From Eledone cirrhosa (Eukaryota), in NCBI GenBank assembly GCA_964016885.1, contig CAXHJY010001378.1, positions 1 to 43,092 on the forward strand: a stretch of 43,092 bases of DNA, written 5' to 3'. This document shows positions 30,041 to 41,900 of this stretch, one piece after another. The first letter of the stretch is position 1, and each line of letters opens with the position of its first letter. The notes under the pieces were generated by a model. It saw only the letters and a program-made list of their open reading frames with translations. It did no database searches and was not told the DNA's origin. The position numbers were made by a program, and so were the translations under genes.

Positions 30041-32490
30041 AAAAATTGAACAGGGACAGAACAGAGAGGCAGTACGACAAATGTTTATTAGATTCACGCT
30101 CAGGAGATGGAGGACGACGTTTCGGGCATAAGCCCTTCTTCAGGTAAGAGTTCAAAAGGTGTGTAGGGGAGTGGTGGAGAGACATATAGCGAAAGGAAAC
30201 GGTGCGAATGAAAAATTAACAAATAAAGACAAAAATATAATAAATAATAAATAAAAATAAAGCATGATCAAAATACAAGGAATGAGAACAATTAAAAATA
30301 AAGGCATGATCAAAATAAACTGAAATTAAAAGGGGGGTAAACAGGTGGTGGAAGGGTGTGGGGTGAGTAGAGGTGGAGGCGGGTGGAGTGGGGAGAGCGA
30401 GACGGGGTGTCCGAGCGAGGAGGGCTGAAGGTGGTGTGTGTGGTTAGGTGTGCGTGTGTGTGTGTGTGTGTGTGTATGTGAAAGTGAGGGTTGGGGGAAG
30501 AACGGGGTTGCATGTTCAGGAAGGTGTGTGTGGGGGGTGTTTTTGTGTGTCGGAGGGTCTGTGCGTGTGTGGATAGGGGGTGGGGGGAGAGGAATCAGGG
30601 GGCTGAGGGTGTAAATATGTGGTGGGAAGCACGTGTGTGTGGTTTAAGCGTGTTGTGGGTGTGGGTGGCGTGTGGATAAAAAAATTTGTTTTGGGATGTG
30701 TGTGTGGGTGAGTTATATAGGTGATGGTGTTAGAGGATGGTTGAAAAGTGGTAAGTTACACGGATGTATGGAGATTTTGGTTGGAAGCCAAAACGCGTGT
30801 GGGTAATCCAAGAAGCGGTGGTCGGAAGAGGAGAGATGTGGGGTGCGCGCGCAACAGGAAGTGGTCAGCAGTGGGAGTGCTGTGGTCAGTGGGTGCTGAG
30901 ACAGTGGTCGGAAGGGCATAGCAGCAGTCAGCGGAATGGTAGGGAGGCGAGGATGGGTAGGTGTGAGAGTTGGAGTGAGGAGGGTGTGTGTGTGTGTGTG
31001 TGTGTGTATTAGTAGGGGTGTTAGTGGGATGAGTGAGTGTGGAGTGGGGAGAGAAGGGTGTGTGTGGTTCTATGGAGGGAGTGTGGTGTACTGGTGTGTG
31101 TGTAGTTTGGTGAGGAGGTGTTAGTGGGTGTTAGTAGACGGGAGGTGGGGAGGGGTGGAATGCAGGTGTGAGTGGGGGTTAGTGGGGGTAGGGTGTGTAG
31201 AGTTGGTGGTGTACGAGGGTGTGTAGGTACGTGTGCATGGGGTTGGAGGGTGTTAGTGATGTTAGTTGCGTGTGGGGTGGGTGGTGTAAGTGTGTGCGTG
31301 TGATAAGGAGGGGGGAGGAGGAGAAGAGGGGAGGGAAGGGATGTTAGTATGTTAGTTGGGGAAGGGTGGTTAGATGAGGGGTGGAGTGGGGGTGTTAGTA
31401 TTGTTAGTGTGGGGTGGGCGGTGAAAAGGAGGAGTGTGTTAGTGGTGTTAGTGGGGGATAAGTGGGGGATGGGGGGCGGTCGAACGCTAAAGGAATAAGG
31501 GTGGGGAGTTCAGGCCGGAGGGGGTGTGGGTCTGTAAGATGAAGATAGTACGTTGTTCGACCGTGAGGCGATGGGCGGGTGTTCCGTGGCACTGGAGTAG
31601 GCCACAGACTGTGAGATGGTGTGTGGAGTGTCCAGGGCCACCAAAGTGGCGGGCGATGAGGGAACTGCCCCCGAGACGAATGTCCCGGAAGTGCTCCGTG
31701 ACTCGGTCCGCCAGGCGGCATCCCGTCTGTCCGACATAAGTCGCGCTGCACCTCGTGCAACGAAGTCCGTAGACTAGGTTGGAGGAGGTGCAGCGGAAGG
31801 CATGCCGGACCGAGAGAGGGTGGCCGTTGGGACCCTGGAAGGTGGTGGTGTTGGTGATGTGGGGACAGGTGTTGCAGCGGGGCCTAGAACAGGGGAAGGA
31901 ACCAGGGGGGGAAACGGAGCGTGGGTTGGGGGTAGGGAGCTGTGGATGAGGAGGGTGCGGAGATTGCGTGCGCGTATGAAGGAGGGGAGTGGTGGGGTTG
32001 GGAAGATGTGGGAGGTGGAGGGGTCGAACTGGAGGTGTCGGAAGAGGCGGCGGATGGTGCGGTGGAGGGGTAAGGTGGAGGGGTGGTAGGTGATGGGGAA
32101 GGGGAGACGGTGGGTGGGTGTGCGGTGGCGTGGGGTGAGGGTGGTAGAGCGGGGGATAGCACGGGCGCGGGTGAGAGCGGTGTGGACGAGAGAGGGGGGG
32201 TAACCTCTGCGGATGAAATGGCTGACTAGGGAAAGGGCTTGGGACTCGAAGTCAGCATCTCGGCTACAGAGGCGGCGGATCCTGAGAAGTTGGGAGTAGG
32301 GAAGGAAGAGGTGAAGTCGAGGTAAGAGTGGGAGTCGGTGGGTTTGAAGAAGGCGGAGGTGACGAGGGAGTGGTGGGAGGGGTCGAAGGCGACGGAGATG
32401 TCCAAGAAGTGGACGTGGGTGGTGGAGATAGAGGTGGTGAAGTGGAGGGAGGGGTGGAAGGAGCAGAAGAAGGAGAGAAAGGAGTCGAGC

Positions 32491-32493
<3 letters not shown>
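30040..32493 (-). mobile_element. 5'-truncated Penelope-like element (Neptune-like): RT C-terminus, Cys linker, GIY-YIG, long C-rich 3' UTR, HHR core at 30114-30145
   Basis: Translation across frameshifts: FHPSLHFT..HFLDISV..FKPTDSHSYLDFTSS, then LPYSQLLRIRRLCS..RGYP..TYHP..NLRTLL, then CSRPRCNTC..CTSSNLVYGLRCTRCSATYVGQTGCRLADRVTEH..SGLN, stop at about 31487. Confidence 0.92.
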
Positions 32494-32523
<30 letters not shown>

Positions 32524-32557
32524 CAATATATATATATATATATATCAATATATATAT

Positions 32558-32642
32558 TTGCCTTTCATCCTTCCGTGGTCTATAAAATAAAGTACCAGTA
32601 ATGAACTGGGTTATTGCTGGCCTTGTGCCTAAAGTAGAAACA
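32558..32642 (+). mobile_element. Partial family A SINE
   Basis: TTGCCTTTCATCCTTCCGTGGTCTATAAAATAAAGTACCAG...GGCCTTGTGCCTAAAGTAGAA. Confidence 0.8.
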
Positions 32643-32651
32643 AATATATAG

Positions 32652-32800
32652 ATAAGATCCCGTTAAGGGTGAAAGCAGCGATTCTTTGCTTAAACTTTAA
32701 TCTGTTATTTTAATAAATATTTGCTCTACGGTTCTTATATATTTGATATATATTTTCCTTATCGAGCCCTCTTTGGATTTTAGTCTTCAATTTTATTATT
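32652..32800 (+). mobile_element. PLE pseudo-LTR end; same family as 1-68
   Basis: Decayed HHR-like AAGATCCC gttaa GGGTGAAA, then a bulged stem GCTC...TC GAGC at 32723-32767. Confidence 0.55.
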
Positions 32801-32821
32801 ATCTATTATTACTATTATTAC

Positions 32822-33005
32822 ACGGTGGATTGGCAGTATCGGTAGAGAGTCGGACGCCATGCTTTCCAGCATAGTTACGTCCCTTTACGATCTGAGTTCA
32901 AATCCCGCCGAGGTTGACTTTGCCTTTCATCCTTACGGGGTCGATAAAATAAAGTACCAGTAATGCACTGGGTAATTCTGGCCTTGTGCCTAAAGTAGAA
33001 ACAAT
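32822..33005 (+). mobile_element. tRNA-derived SINE, family A, near full length
   Basis: TTGGCAGTATCGGTAGAG, B box GAGTTCAAATCCC, then family core and tail. Confidence 0.88.
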
Positions 33006-33017
33006 TATTACTATTAT

Positions 33018-33061
<44 letters not shown>

Positions 33062-33110
33062 ATATATATATATATATTGATATATATATATATATATATA
33101 TATTGATATA

Positions 33111-33398
33111 TCATCATCACCATCATCATCATCAATGTTTAACGTCCGTGTTCCACGCTTGCATGGGTTTGGACGGGGGTTTTCCCACTTGAGGCAAGAG
33201 TGATTATCTTGCTCGCATAGGACTGTCTGGCGGGTTTTCTACAGATGGATGCCCTTCCTAACACCAACCACATTTACAGTGTGGGACTGGGACGTTTTTA
33301 CCGTGTTGCCTACACAGCCACATTACAGCGTGGACTGTGTTTTTTTTTGTCATGACACCTACACGATCTCATTTGTTTCGGCCTGGATGTTGTGGCAC
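33111..33398 (-). mobile_element. 3' UTR-only copy of the RTE family at 35101
   Basis: Colinear with 35101-35385 and has the (ATG)n tail. Confidence 0.88.
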
Positions 33399-33497
33399 AT
33401 ATATTGATATATATATATCAATATATATATATATATATCAATATATATATATATATATCAATATATATATATATATATCAATATATATATATATATA

Positions 33498-33532
<35 letters not shown>

Positions 33533-33581
33533 ATATATATATATATATATTAATATATATATCAATATATATATATATATA

Positions 33582-33638
<57 letters not shown>

Positions 33639-33695
33639 ATATATATATATATATGTATATATTAATTATATATATATATATATTAATATATATAT

Positions 33696-33750
33696 ATGTA
33701 AGTATGTATGTATACGTACATACATATATGTATACAGACGTACAGTAGCA

Positions 33751-33792
<42 letters not shown>

Positions 33793-34146
33793 CACATATG
33801 CATACAGGTACACATACATATATGCACGCATCAGTTTAGCCGACGTTTATTATAACGCAGCTTTGTTCGCTTGTTTGTCAACAAATCGAACAGCCTGAAT
33901 TTATGCCATACGGTGTTAAGGCGTTCAACTATCTGGCAGATGGGTAAACGGTGCTGATGATAGCTAACAAGCTTGAAACTAGTACATCGTTCCTGTGTCA
34001 GTGTTGAACAAAAAGGTGACGTGGTTGCCTTAACACCGTATGGCATAAATTCAGGCTGTTCGATTTGTTGACAAACAAGCGAACAAAGCTGCGTTATAAT
34101 AAACGTCGGCTAAACTGATGCGTGCATATATGTATGTGTACCTGTA

Positions 34147-34202
<56 letters not shown>

Positions 34203-34311
34203 TGCTACTGTACGTCTGTATACATATATGTATGTACGTATACATACATACTTACATTTAAGTAAGTGCCATACTAAGAGTGAGAAATGAAATTTCGTTT
34301 CCATTTTTTTC
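33696..34311 (+). mobile_element. Fold-back non-coding element: inverted arms of about 230 bp around a spacer containing an HHR (33947-33991)
   Basis: Arms 33696-33922 and 34027-34257. AACGGTG-CTGATGA-TAGCT aaca AGCTT-GAAA-CTAG-TA-CATCGTT. Confidence 0.85.
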
Positions 34312-34329
34312 AATATATATATATATATA

Positions 34330-34642
34330 TATAATAAATAACAATGAACGCCTATAGCATATGCATATCTTTACTTGCTAACATTGTTTCATCCACACTA
34401 TAAGTGGGACTCATCAGAGCATAAAGGTTAATTACATATGGTATGTAATTAACCTTTATGCTCTGATGAGTCCCACTTATAGTGTGGATGAAACAATGTT
34501 AGCAAGTAAAGATATGCATATGCTATAGGCGTTCTTTGTTATTTATTATATCACGGCTCTGTCCTCAGACATCGAGCTAACCTTATACTGCCTGCTGGAT
34601 AAGTGGAGTGTTATACACCCCTGATCCTCTCCCTAGTATACT
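34330..34642 (+). mobile_element. PLE pseudo-LTR with a 108-bp fold-back; HHRs at 34376-34421(-) and 34459-34504(+)
   Basis: TGCT-CTGATGA-GTCCCACT tat AGTGTGGAT-GAAA-CAATG-TT-AGCA. Arms 34330-34437 and 34443-34550. Bulged stem at 34555-34578. Confidence 0.85.
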
Positions 34643-34655
34643 ATATATATATATA

Positions 34656-34721
<66 letters not shown>

Positions 34722-34763
34722 TATATATTAATATATATATATATATATATATATTAATATATA

Positions 34764-34859
<96 letters not shown>

Positions 34860-34954
34860 TATATATATATATATATATCAATATATATATATATATATAT
34901 ATCAATATATATATCAATATATATATCAATATATATATATCAATATATATATAT

Positions 34955-35006
<52 letters not shown>

Positions 35007-35016
35007 ATATATATAT

Positions 35017-35100
<84 letters not shown>

Positions 35101-35102
<2 letters not shown>

Positions 35103-36518
35103 TCATCATCATCATCATCAACGTTTAACGTCCGTGTTCCACGCTTGCATGGGTTTGGACGGGGGTAGTCCCACTTGAGGCAAGAGTGACTGTCTTGCTC
35201 GCATAGGACTGTCTGGCAGGTTTTCTACAGTTGGATGCCCTTCCTAACACCAACCACATTTACAGTGTGGGTCTGGGAGGTTTTTACCGTGTTGCCTACA
35301 CGGCCACATTACAGCGTGGACTGTGTGTTTTTTTTGTCGTGACACCTACACGATCTCATTTGTTTCGGCCTGGATGGCGCGGCACCAACATAACTTTACA
35401 TAGAACGGGGTGGTGTGGATGGGGTGGGGGTGGTGGGGGTGGGACGGGGTGTATTTTGTTAGAGATGCCTACTGGCTGGAGTAGGTTTTACTATATATTT
35501 TTAGGTAAGGCGGGTCTTCTCTGTTACTGAGTACCGCCAAAGGTCTCGGTCCAGTGACATTGTCTTGGAGAGGTGTAAGTGTGTGATGTCGGAGTTTATC
35601 AGCTCGTCCCAGGTTTTTCTAGGTCTGCCTATTCCGTGACTACCGTCTATCTTTATTGCCCTGCACTTTGTTATACAGCTATCGACTTTCATGCGCATCA
35701 CGTGTCCATACCAACGTAGCCTTCTCTCGAGTAAACAACATCTGATCCCTGTTATCTCTAATTTTTTCCTTAGTTCGTTTATGCTTTGCCGTTCACGTAT
35801 ATTACTGTTACACATCCAGCGGAGCATGCAAGCTTCGTTCCTCTCTAGTCTGCGTATATCCTCTGCACACAATGCCCAGGTCTCACTGCCATGCAGCATT
35901 GCTGTTCGTATGCAGGCATCGTACAACCTGCCTTTCATTTTTAGGGAGAACCCTTTAGCAGCTAATAGTGGTATAAGCTCTCTGAACTTTTTCCAACCAG
36001 TTCTGACTCTAGCTACAGTACTTTCAGAGCACCCTCCCCCACTGCTGATTTTATCGCCCAGGTAACGGAAGCTGTCCACTATTTCTATAGAACCCTCTGC
36101 GCAATTGAAAGAGCTAGTATTTTGTGGGCACTTGCTGCTACTTATTGCACCAGAACACCGGCCACATGTAAAATCTATGTTCTTAGTTAGCTTACCTGTG
36201 ATCCCACTACATCTTTTATGCACCCATACTTTGCATTTAGGACATAAAATGGAGTTTCTACCTACGCCTTTCCTACACACCGAGCACGACCATTTCCCAG
36301 AAGGGCCCGCCGCCTTGTTTTCTTTCCTACAAACTAGAACTTTGGTCTTAGCCAGGTTAATTTTAAGTCCTTTTGACTCTAGGCCATGCTTCCATGTTTG
36401 GAATTTCTTCTCTAGCTCGGCCATTGATTCCGCTATGAGTGTCAGGTCGTCTGCGTATAGGAGTTCCCATGGGCAGCCTGTCTTGAACTCCTCTGTTATA
36501 GCCTGAAGGGCAATAATA
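35101..36518 (-). mobile_element. 5'-truncated RTE LINE with a PHD-like insert, 3' UTR and (ATG)n tail
   Basis: ORF 35501-36424 with upstream ELLYADDL, then CSVC..CPKC..HKRC..CGRC, FRYLG and RRLRWYGHV. Confidence 0.92.
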
Positions 36519-36653
36519 AATATATATATATATCAATATATATATATATATATATATATCAATATATATATATATATATCAATATATATATATATATCAA
36601 TATATATATATATATATATATATATCAATATATATATATATATATATATATAT

Positions 36654-36690
<37 letters not shown>

Positions 36691-36697
<7 letters not shown>

Positions 36698-37236
36698 CAA
36701 ATAATGAATAAACAATGAAACAGTTCCTTATATTAAACAAAAAAAGTTCATTATTTAACGATCGTTTCTAGGATATATATGTGTTAGAATTGGCATGCAT
36801 ATTCAACAGATCTATGTACAAAATTATACAAAATTATACAAACTATCAAGATTAAATATACATACCAACACATATATACGCCGTCTTCAGAAATAATTTC
36901 TGAAGACGGCGTATATATGTGTTGGTATGTATATTTAATCTTGATAGTTTGTATAATTTTGTATAATTTTGTACATAGATCTGTTGAATATGCATGCCAA
37001 TTCTAACACATATATATCCTAGAAACGATCGTTAAATAATGAACTTTTTTTGTTTAATATAAGGAACTGTTTCATTGTTTATTCATTATTTGTTTAATAT
37101 TTTATCTTGACTCTGTATACCGTTTATCTTTCACCGAAAGTGATTTTTCATTACATCTCTTCTTTCCATGATATCTGGAATACATTGAGTTCTTCATACG
37201 GATTGGACACTACCGTAAACTCTTGGTAGATTTATC

Positions 37237-37240
<4 letters not shown>
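36691..37240 (+). mobile_element. PLE pseudo-LTR with a fold-back of about 204 bp; long-stem-II HHRs at 36896-37037(+) and 36753-36894(-)
   Basis: Palindrome centred on 36895. ATTT-CTGAAGA-[115 nt]-GAAA-CGATCG-TT-AAAT. Bulged stem at 37109-37191. Confidence 0.8.
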
Positions 37241-37285
<45 letters not shown>

Positions 37286-37336
37286 ATATATATATATATA
37301 TATATAATATATATATCAATATATATATATATATAA

Positions 37337-37850
37337 TGGCAACATCATCGTTTAAATCTCGATTGTATAGGCATTCTTACTCAATAAAACACCAGAGCCA
37401 AAGAAATGTAACAACTTTAGCAGAAAAAGCTTGGACGCTCAGGGATAGCGATCAAAAGTTTACCCTAAAATGGGAGAAATTAGCTAAAACCCAAAGCTTT
37501 TCCAGGAGCTAAAATTTCTGCAAATTGTGTAATCTTGAGATTTATTACATAATCACACACAAGAAGAAACTGCTGAATAACAGAATTGAACGAACATTAT
37601 TCTGCCGTCACAGAACTAAAACCCTTTTTTTCCCCACTACAAGCTGAATATTACATAAAAGAGGGACATCCCCCAACTATATAAACCTTTAATCTAGTTA
37701 GAAAAATATAAAAACAATCTCTTCTCAACATATATTAATAACCTTAAATTACCACACTAATAATGGAAAGATATGCTGATGAGAATAGGTGCAAATATGC
37801 GATAATGAAATGTGGTCTAAAAACGTCCATAAGTATGTATATATATGTGA
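37337..37850 (+). pseudogene. Decayed Naiad/Chlamys-type PLE 3' fragment (GIY-YIG C-terminus) with a degenerate HHR at 37772-37831
   Basis: Manual translation SFKSRLYRHSYS...TTLAEKAWTL...LKWE...S*NFCKLCNLE...LLNNRIE...CRHR parallels ORF 40264-40797. TATG-CTGATGA...AAAA-CG-TC-CATA. Confidence 0.8.
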
Positions 37851-37960
37851 AAATGTATATAAATAAGTAAATATATATATATGTTTGATGTGTATAGTTA
37901 GATGTAAGTGTATTCATGTATTAAAGTGCTTATATATATATATACTATATATTATATATA

Positions 37961-38154
37961 TACGTTAATCCGGGTTTGAATCGGAGGTAACCACAGTAAG
38001 TAAGGTACTCAATACATAGCAGAGTATAAAAGTTTTAATATAGATGAGATTCTACAGGACTAGAACTGTTTCATTCATTAGAAAATCATCAGGAATCAGA
38101 TTTCCTGATGATTTCTAATGAATGAAACAGTTCTAGTCCCTGTAGAATCTCATC

Positions 38155-38157
<3 letters not shown>
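37961..38157 (-). mobile_element. Short PLE-type insert with back-to-back HHRs at 38047-38097(-) and 38098-38150(+)
   Basis: Same family as 7785-7902. Bulged stem at 38006-38026(-). Confidence 0.85.
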
Positions 38158-38193
<36 letters not shown>

Positions 38194-38755
38194 ATATGTG
38201 TATATAGATGTGTATGTATGTGTATGTGTGTACACATGGACTAGAGTATGTATGTATATATGTGGTGTGTCTATACGTGTGTATATAAAGATAAGTTGAG
38301 TATGAAAATGTATACACATGAGCGCGTATGTATGTACATGAATACATTGTGTTTATATATATGTGTATGCATGTGTATATATATGTAAGTATGAATATGT
38401 GAATTGTGAGTATATGTATTTTGTAGAGGTGTGCAAAATATATTTGTGTGTGAATGCGTGGGTGAAAGGATACGTACACTTGAAAGAAAAAATTTAAGTC
38501 TGAATGTTAATTAAGTGCAAACACAAAAACCAACCACGCATATCTTCACTATCTCTAATCCTTCTATAGATTTAGAAAAATAACCAATAATATATTCTAT
38601 AAAAAATGTCAAAACAACAGATGGGAATCTAATTACTCACTGCCACCAAGAATTCTCACTGCTATCGAAAAACCACTCCTTCAACTATTCTTCTAACAAC
38701 TTCACCCCTCCCTCCTAATATTCTCTATAAAAACTAAATAGGTCCTCAGTAATAT

Positions 38756-38800
38756 TATTCTGATGAAATGACAGTAAATAATAACATTGAAATATTGAAT
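38756..38800 (+). ncRNA. Hammerhead-like core with a weak stem I
   Basis: CTGATGA-AATG...CATT-GAAA-TA-TT-GAAT, with palindromic AATATT stem III. Confidence 0.45.
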
Positions 38801-38987
38801 GTCTGCATAACTAAAAGTTTGTAGATAGCAGCTGTTTTAGGTTATGTAACTGTTATAGAAAACACGTGTCAATAAATTCCTTTCAACTAAACTGTATCCA
38901 TTCAAATCTTTCTATATCAATATAGTATTAAGGGTACTATTTATGGTTATGTATGCAATAAAACCTTTGATGGTAATATATTATATA

Positions 38988-41900
38988 TACACAAACTCTA
39001 AATAGTGAGAGATAGTCTTTAATTACTATCCTATTACCAGTAAGTTAAATAGCTCAATGTAATAACATCAGTTGTTATACAGAGCAGTTATATAGAGATT
39101 ACAGTAATCAAAGTTCAGTTTAAGTCATTTATTTGCTTACAATTGTTTCCTCCAAACCCGAGGTTTGGATTCTTCGGAGCAGTTATTTATAACATACTTG
39201 ACCTCCTTTTTCAACCCAAGAGACACATAAAACATATGCGCATATTGATCAACAGTGGGGTGACATTCATCAAATGAAATAGCATGGCAATTTACATATA
39301 AAGTGTTACATGATAAAAATAAAGTGTTACATGATAATAATAAAATAAAATAAAATAAAATAAATAAAAGCAAGAGTGAAAATAAAGATAAACATGAAGC
39401 GTTGGCAGTCTATGAAGATAAAGCAAGAGGAAAGCTTAGAGTAGTTCAGTGCATGAAGCAAATCTCGCGTGTAGCATGCACGCTTGTCTTATCTATACAT
39501 GATTAGAGTGCGTCAGAATGATATTTGCAGGGTCAGGCAGTTGAAGCAGGCAATCGATCTTATAATATATGCTGAATTATTAGGTCATTAATTCTCATAC
39601 ATCTGTATGATATACAGTCTCGGATGCGGGGAAAACACCAAATGTCAAAAACCTTCAACATACTATAAACCTTATTGTATCGTAGGCAAGGTCGTACCAC
39701 TGTCCTTGCTCACACCACCACTCACATAAATCCATGAGACGCAACCTACAAAAACACATAGCTACAACATCATTTCACACAACATGTCCATGGGAAAATT
39801 TAATAATAAGAATAGCAACTGCACACACACTAATAGGAATTGTAACAACAAGAGTAACCCCGCACCACAGAATTGACCATAGGAACATTAAAGGAAACAA
39901 ATCACCAGACATAAAAAACAGAAATAGAAGAAGAAATAATACATTTTTCAACCCCTCCTTTCAATTTAAACGTCTCTACCAACCTTCCTAGGGCTTTCTT
40001 CTCACTACTAGATAAAACACTTCCCATCCGGCCACAGGTACCACGGCCTTTTAAACAAAAACACTATTAAGATCTCATACTCTACTACGCCTAACTTAGC
40101 ATACCACATAGCTATTACTAATAAAAGAAAAATTAATTCTTACTTCCAACAAACTAAATCACAACGGTCGATAAACCTTCAAAATAACATTCATAATGAC
40201 AATCAAAGTAACATTATAACAAATAACCGTAATATCAATGGAAATAGTAGTAATAACACTAGTGTGAACATTAACGCTGCGTACCACAACCCGCATAACC
40301 ATAACCCTATAGCTAACCTCCAAACTTCTACACAGCATAGTAACCAGCAGACTAGCACCCAGAGTAATTGTAACTGTAGATCAAGTAGAACCTGCCCTTT
40401 AGATAAAAAATGCTTAACCAAGGATATCATATACTCATGTACAGTCACAACTAACAGCTCTTCTGAAACCTACATAGGCTCCACTTCTAACTGCTTCAAA
40501 ACTAGATACAATTCGCACCTCCACTCTTTCAAAAAACACAGTCTAGCCAACTCCACTTCACTATCTAGCTACATACACTATCTAACAACTAAAAATAAAA
40601 TATATACACTTAAATGGGAAGTGGTAGGTAGTGCAACATCGTACAAACCACCTGATAAATTTTGTAACCTCTGTCTACTAGAGACCCATACTATCATCTT
40701 CTCTAAACGTAATCTCCTTAATAAAAAATCAGAAGTGTTCGCAAATTGCCAACACCGCTTCCGACACTCGTTCCAAAACTTTAAACCCTATATATAATAA
40801 TGTCAGACTGGAACCGGCACCACCCCTAGCAATTAACATCAGTAGCACACCTTACACCTCACATCCACACCCATCTCTATACTCTAAAGATAATACTGAC
40901 AGCATTTGGGTGCCACCTACCCTGGGAATACCACCTTATACCTCTAATACCGATATACCGACTGTAGACTACTTATTCTGCATTGCACAAATATAAGATT
41001 AGTATAAAATGGGGACACGGTACTGGTTGTGATAGCATAGTCCTGTACATGGATTACCACCAAGAGATAGATTGATGAATAGATAGATAATCATATTGTT
41101 AAGTGAGTATATACTGTAAGCGATCAGTTCATTGAATTATGCACGTAATCATCTTGATGTGGACTCCTTTAATACCTATTGATAGACTCCACTCTAGCTT
41201 GGAGATGTGATACATAATTGATTTATATTTGAGACGGGGGTTATCTATTACCTGATGGCCAGACTAGTGCGTTTATGTGAGAGATCGGGTCTCCGGACCA
41301 TACCGAAGATTTACTGGAGATGCAGGCAAGCAATGACCCGGAGCATACCGGGTGACATATATAATAGTGGGACCATACCAGGTCCTACTGTTGTATTACA
41401 TTTGCATTGAACAGTGACTTGAGAGTCCGACTCCTCTTATAGAACGTTCAGGTATGACACCCCTTAATTATTGGTTGGCAATCATCCTAGTATATACACC
41501 TTTGTACTTCTTAATGAACAACTCCCTAACTTATAAATGGGTACCATACTCTAGATATTAGTTATAACTTCACATGATAGGCACCTATTTGATTCAACAT
41601 TAATGTAGTTTAGCATAGTAATGTAACTAAAATAACTAGCTAGTTACCTCCCCTTACGCATTAGTTCCCCTTAATCATTCAGGCACTTCCGGAATTTGGA
41701 CAGCATGATATATTAATTAAGAACCGACTGGATACCGTTTATAGCTTGACTATATGCTGAACCACTGCGAATTATACGATAGACGCATGTTCTCTATATA
41801 TATATTGCGCCTCATGGATTATGTGAGTGGTGGTGTGAGCAAGGACAGTGGTACGACCTTGCCTACGATACAATAAGGTTTATAGTATGTTGAAGGTTTT

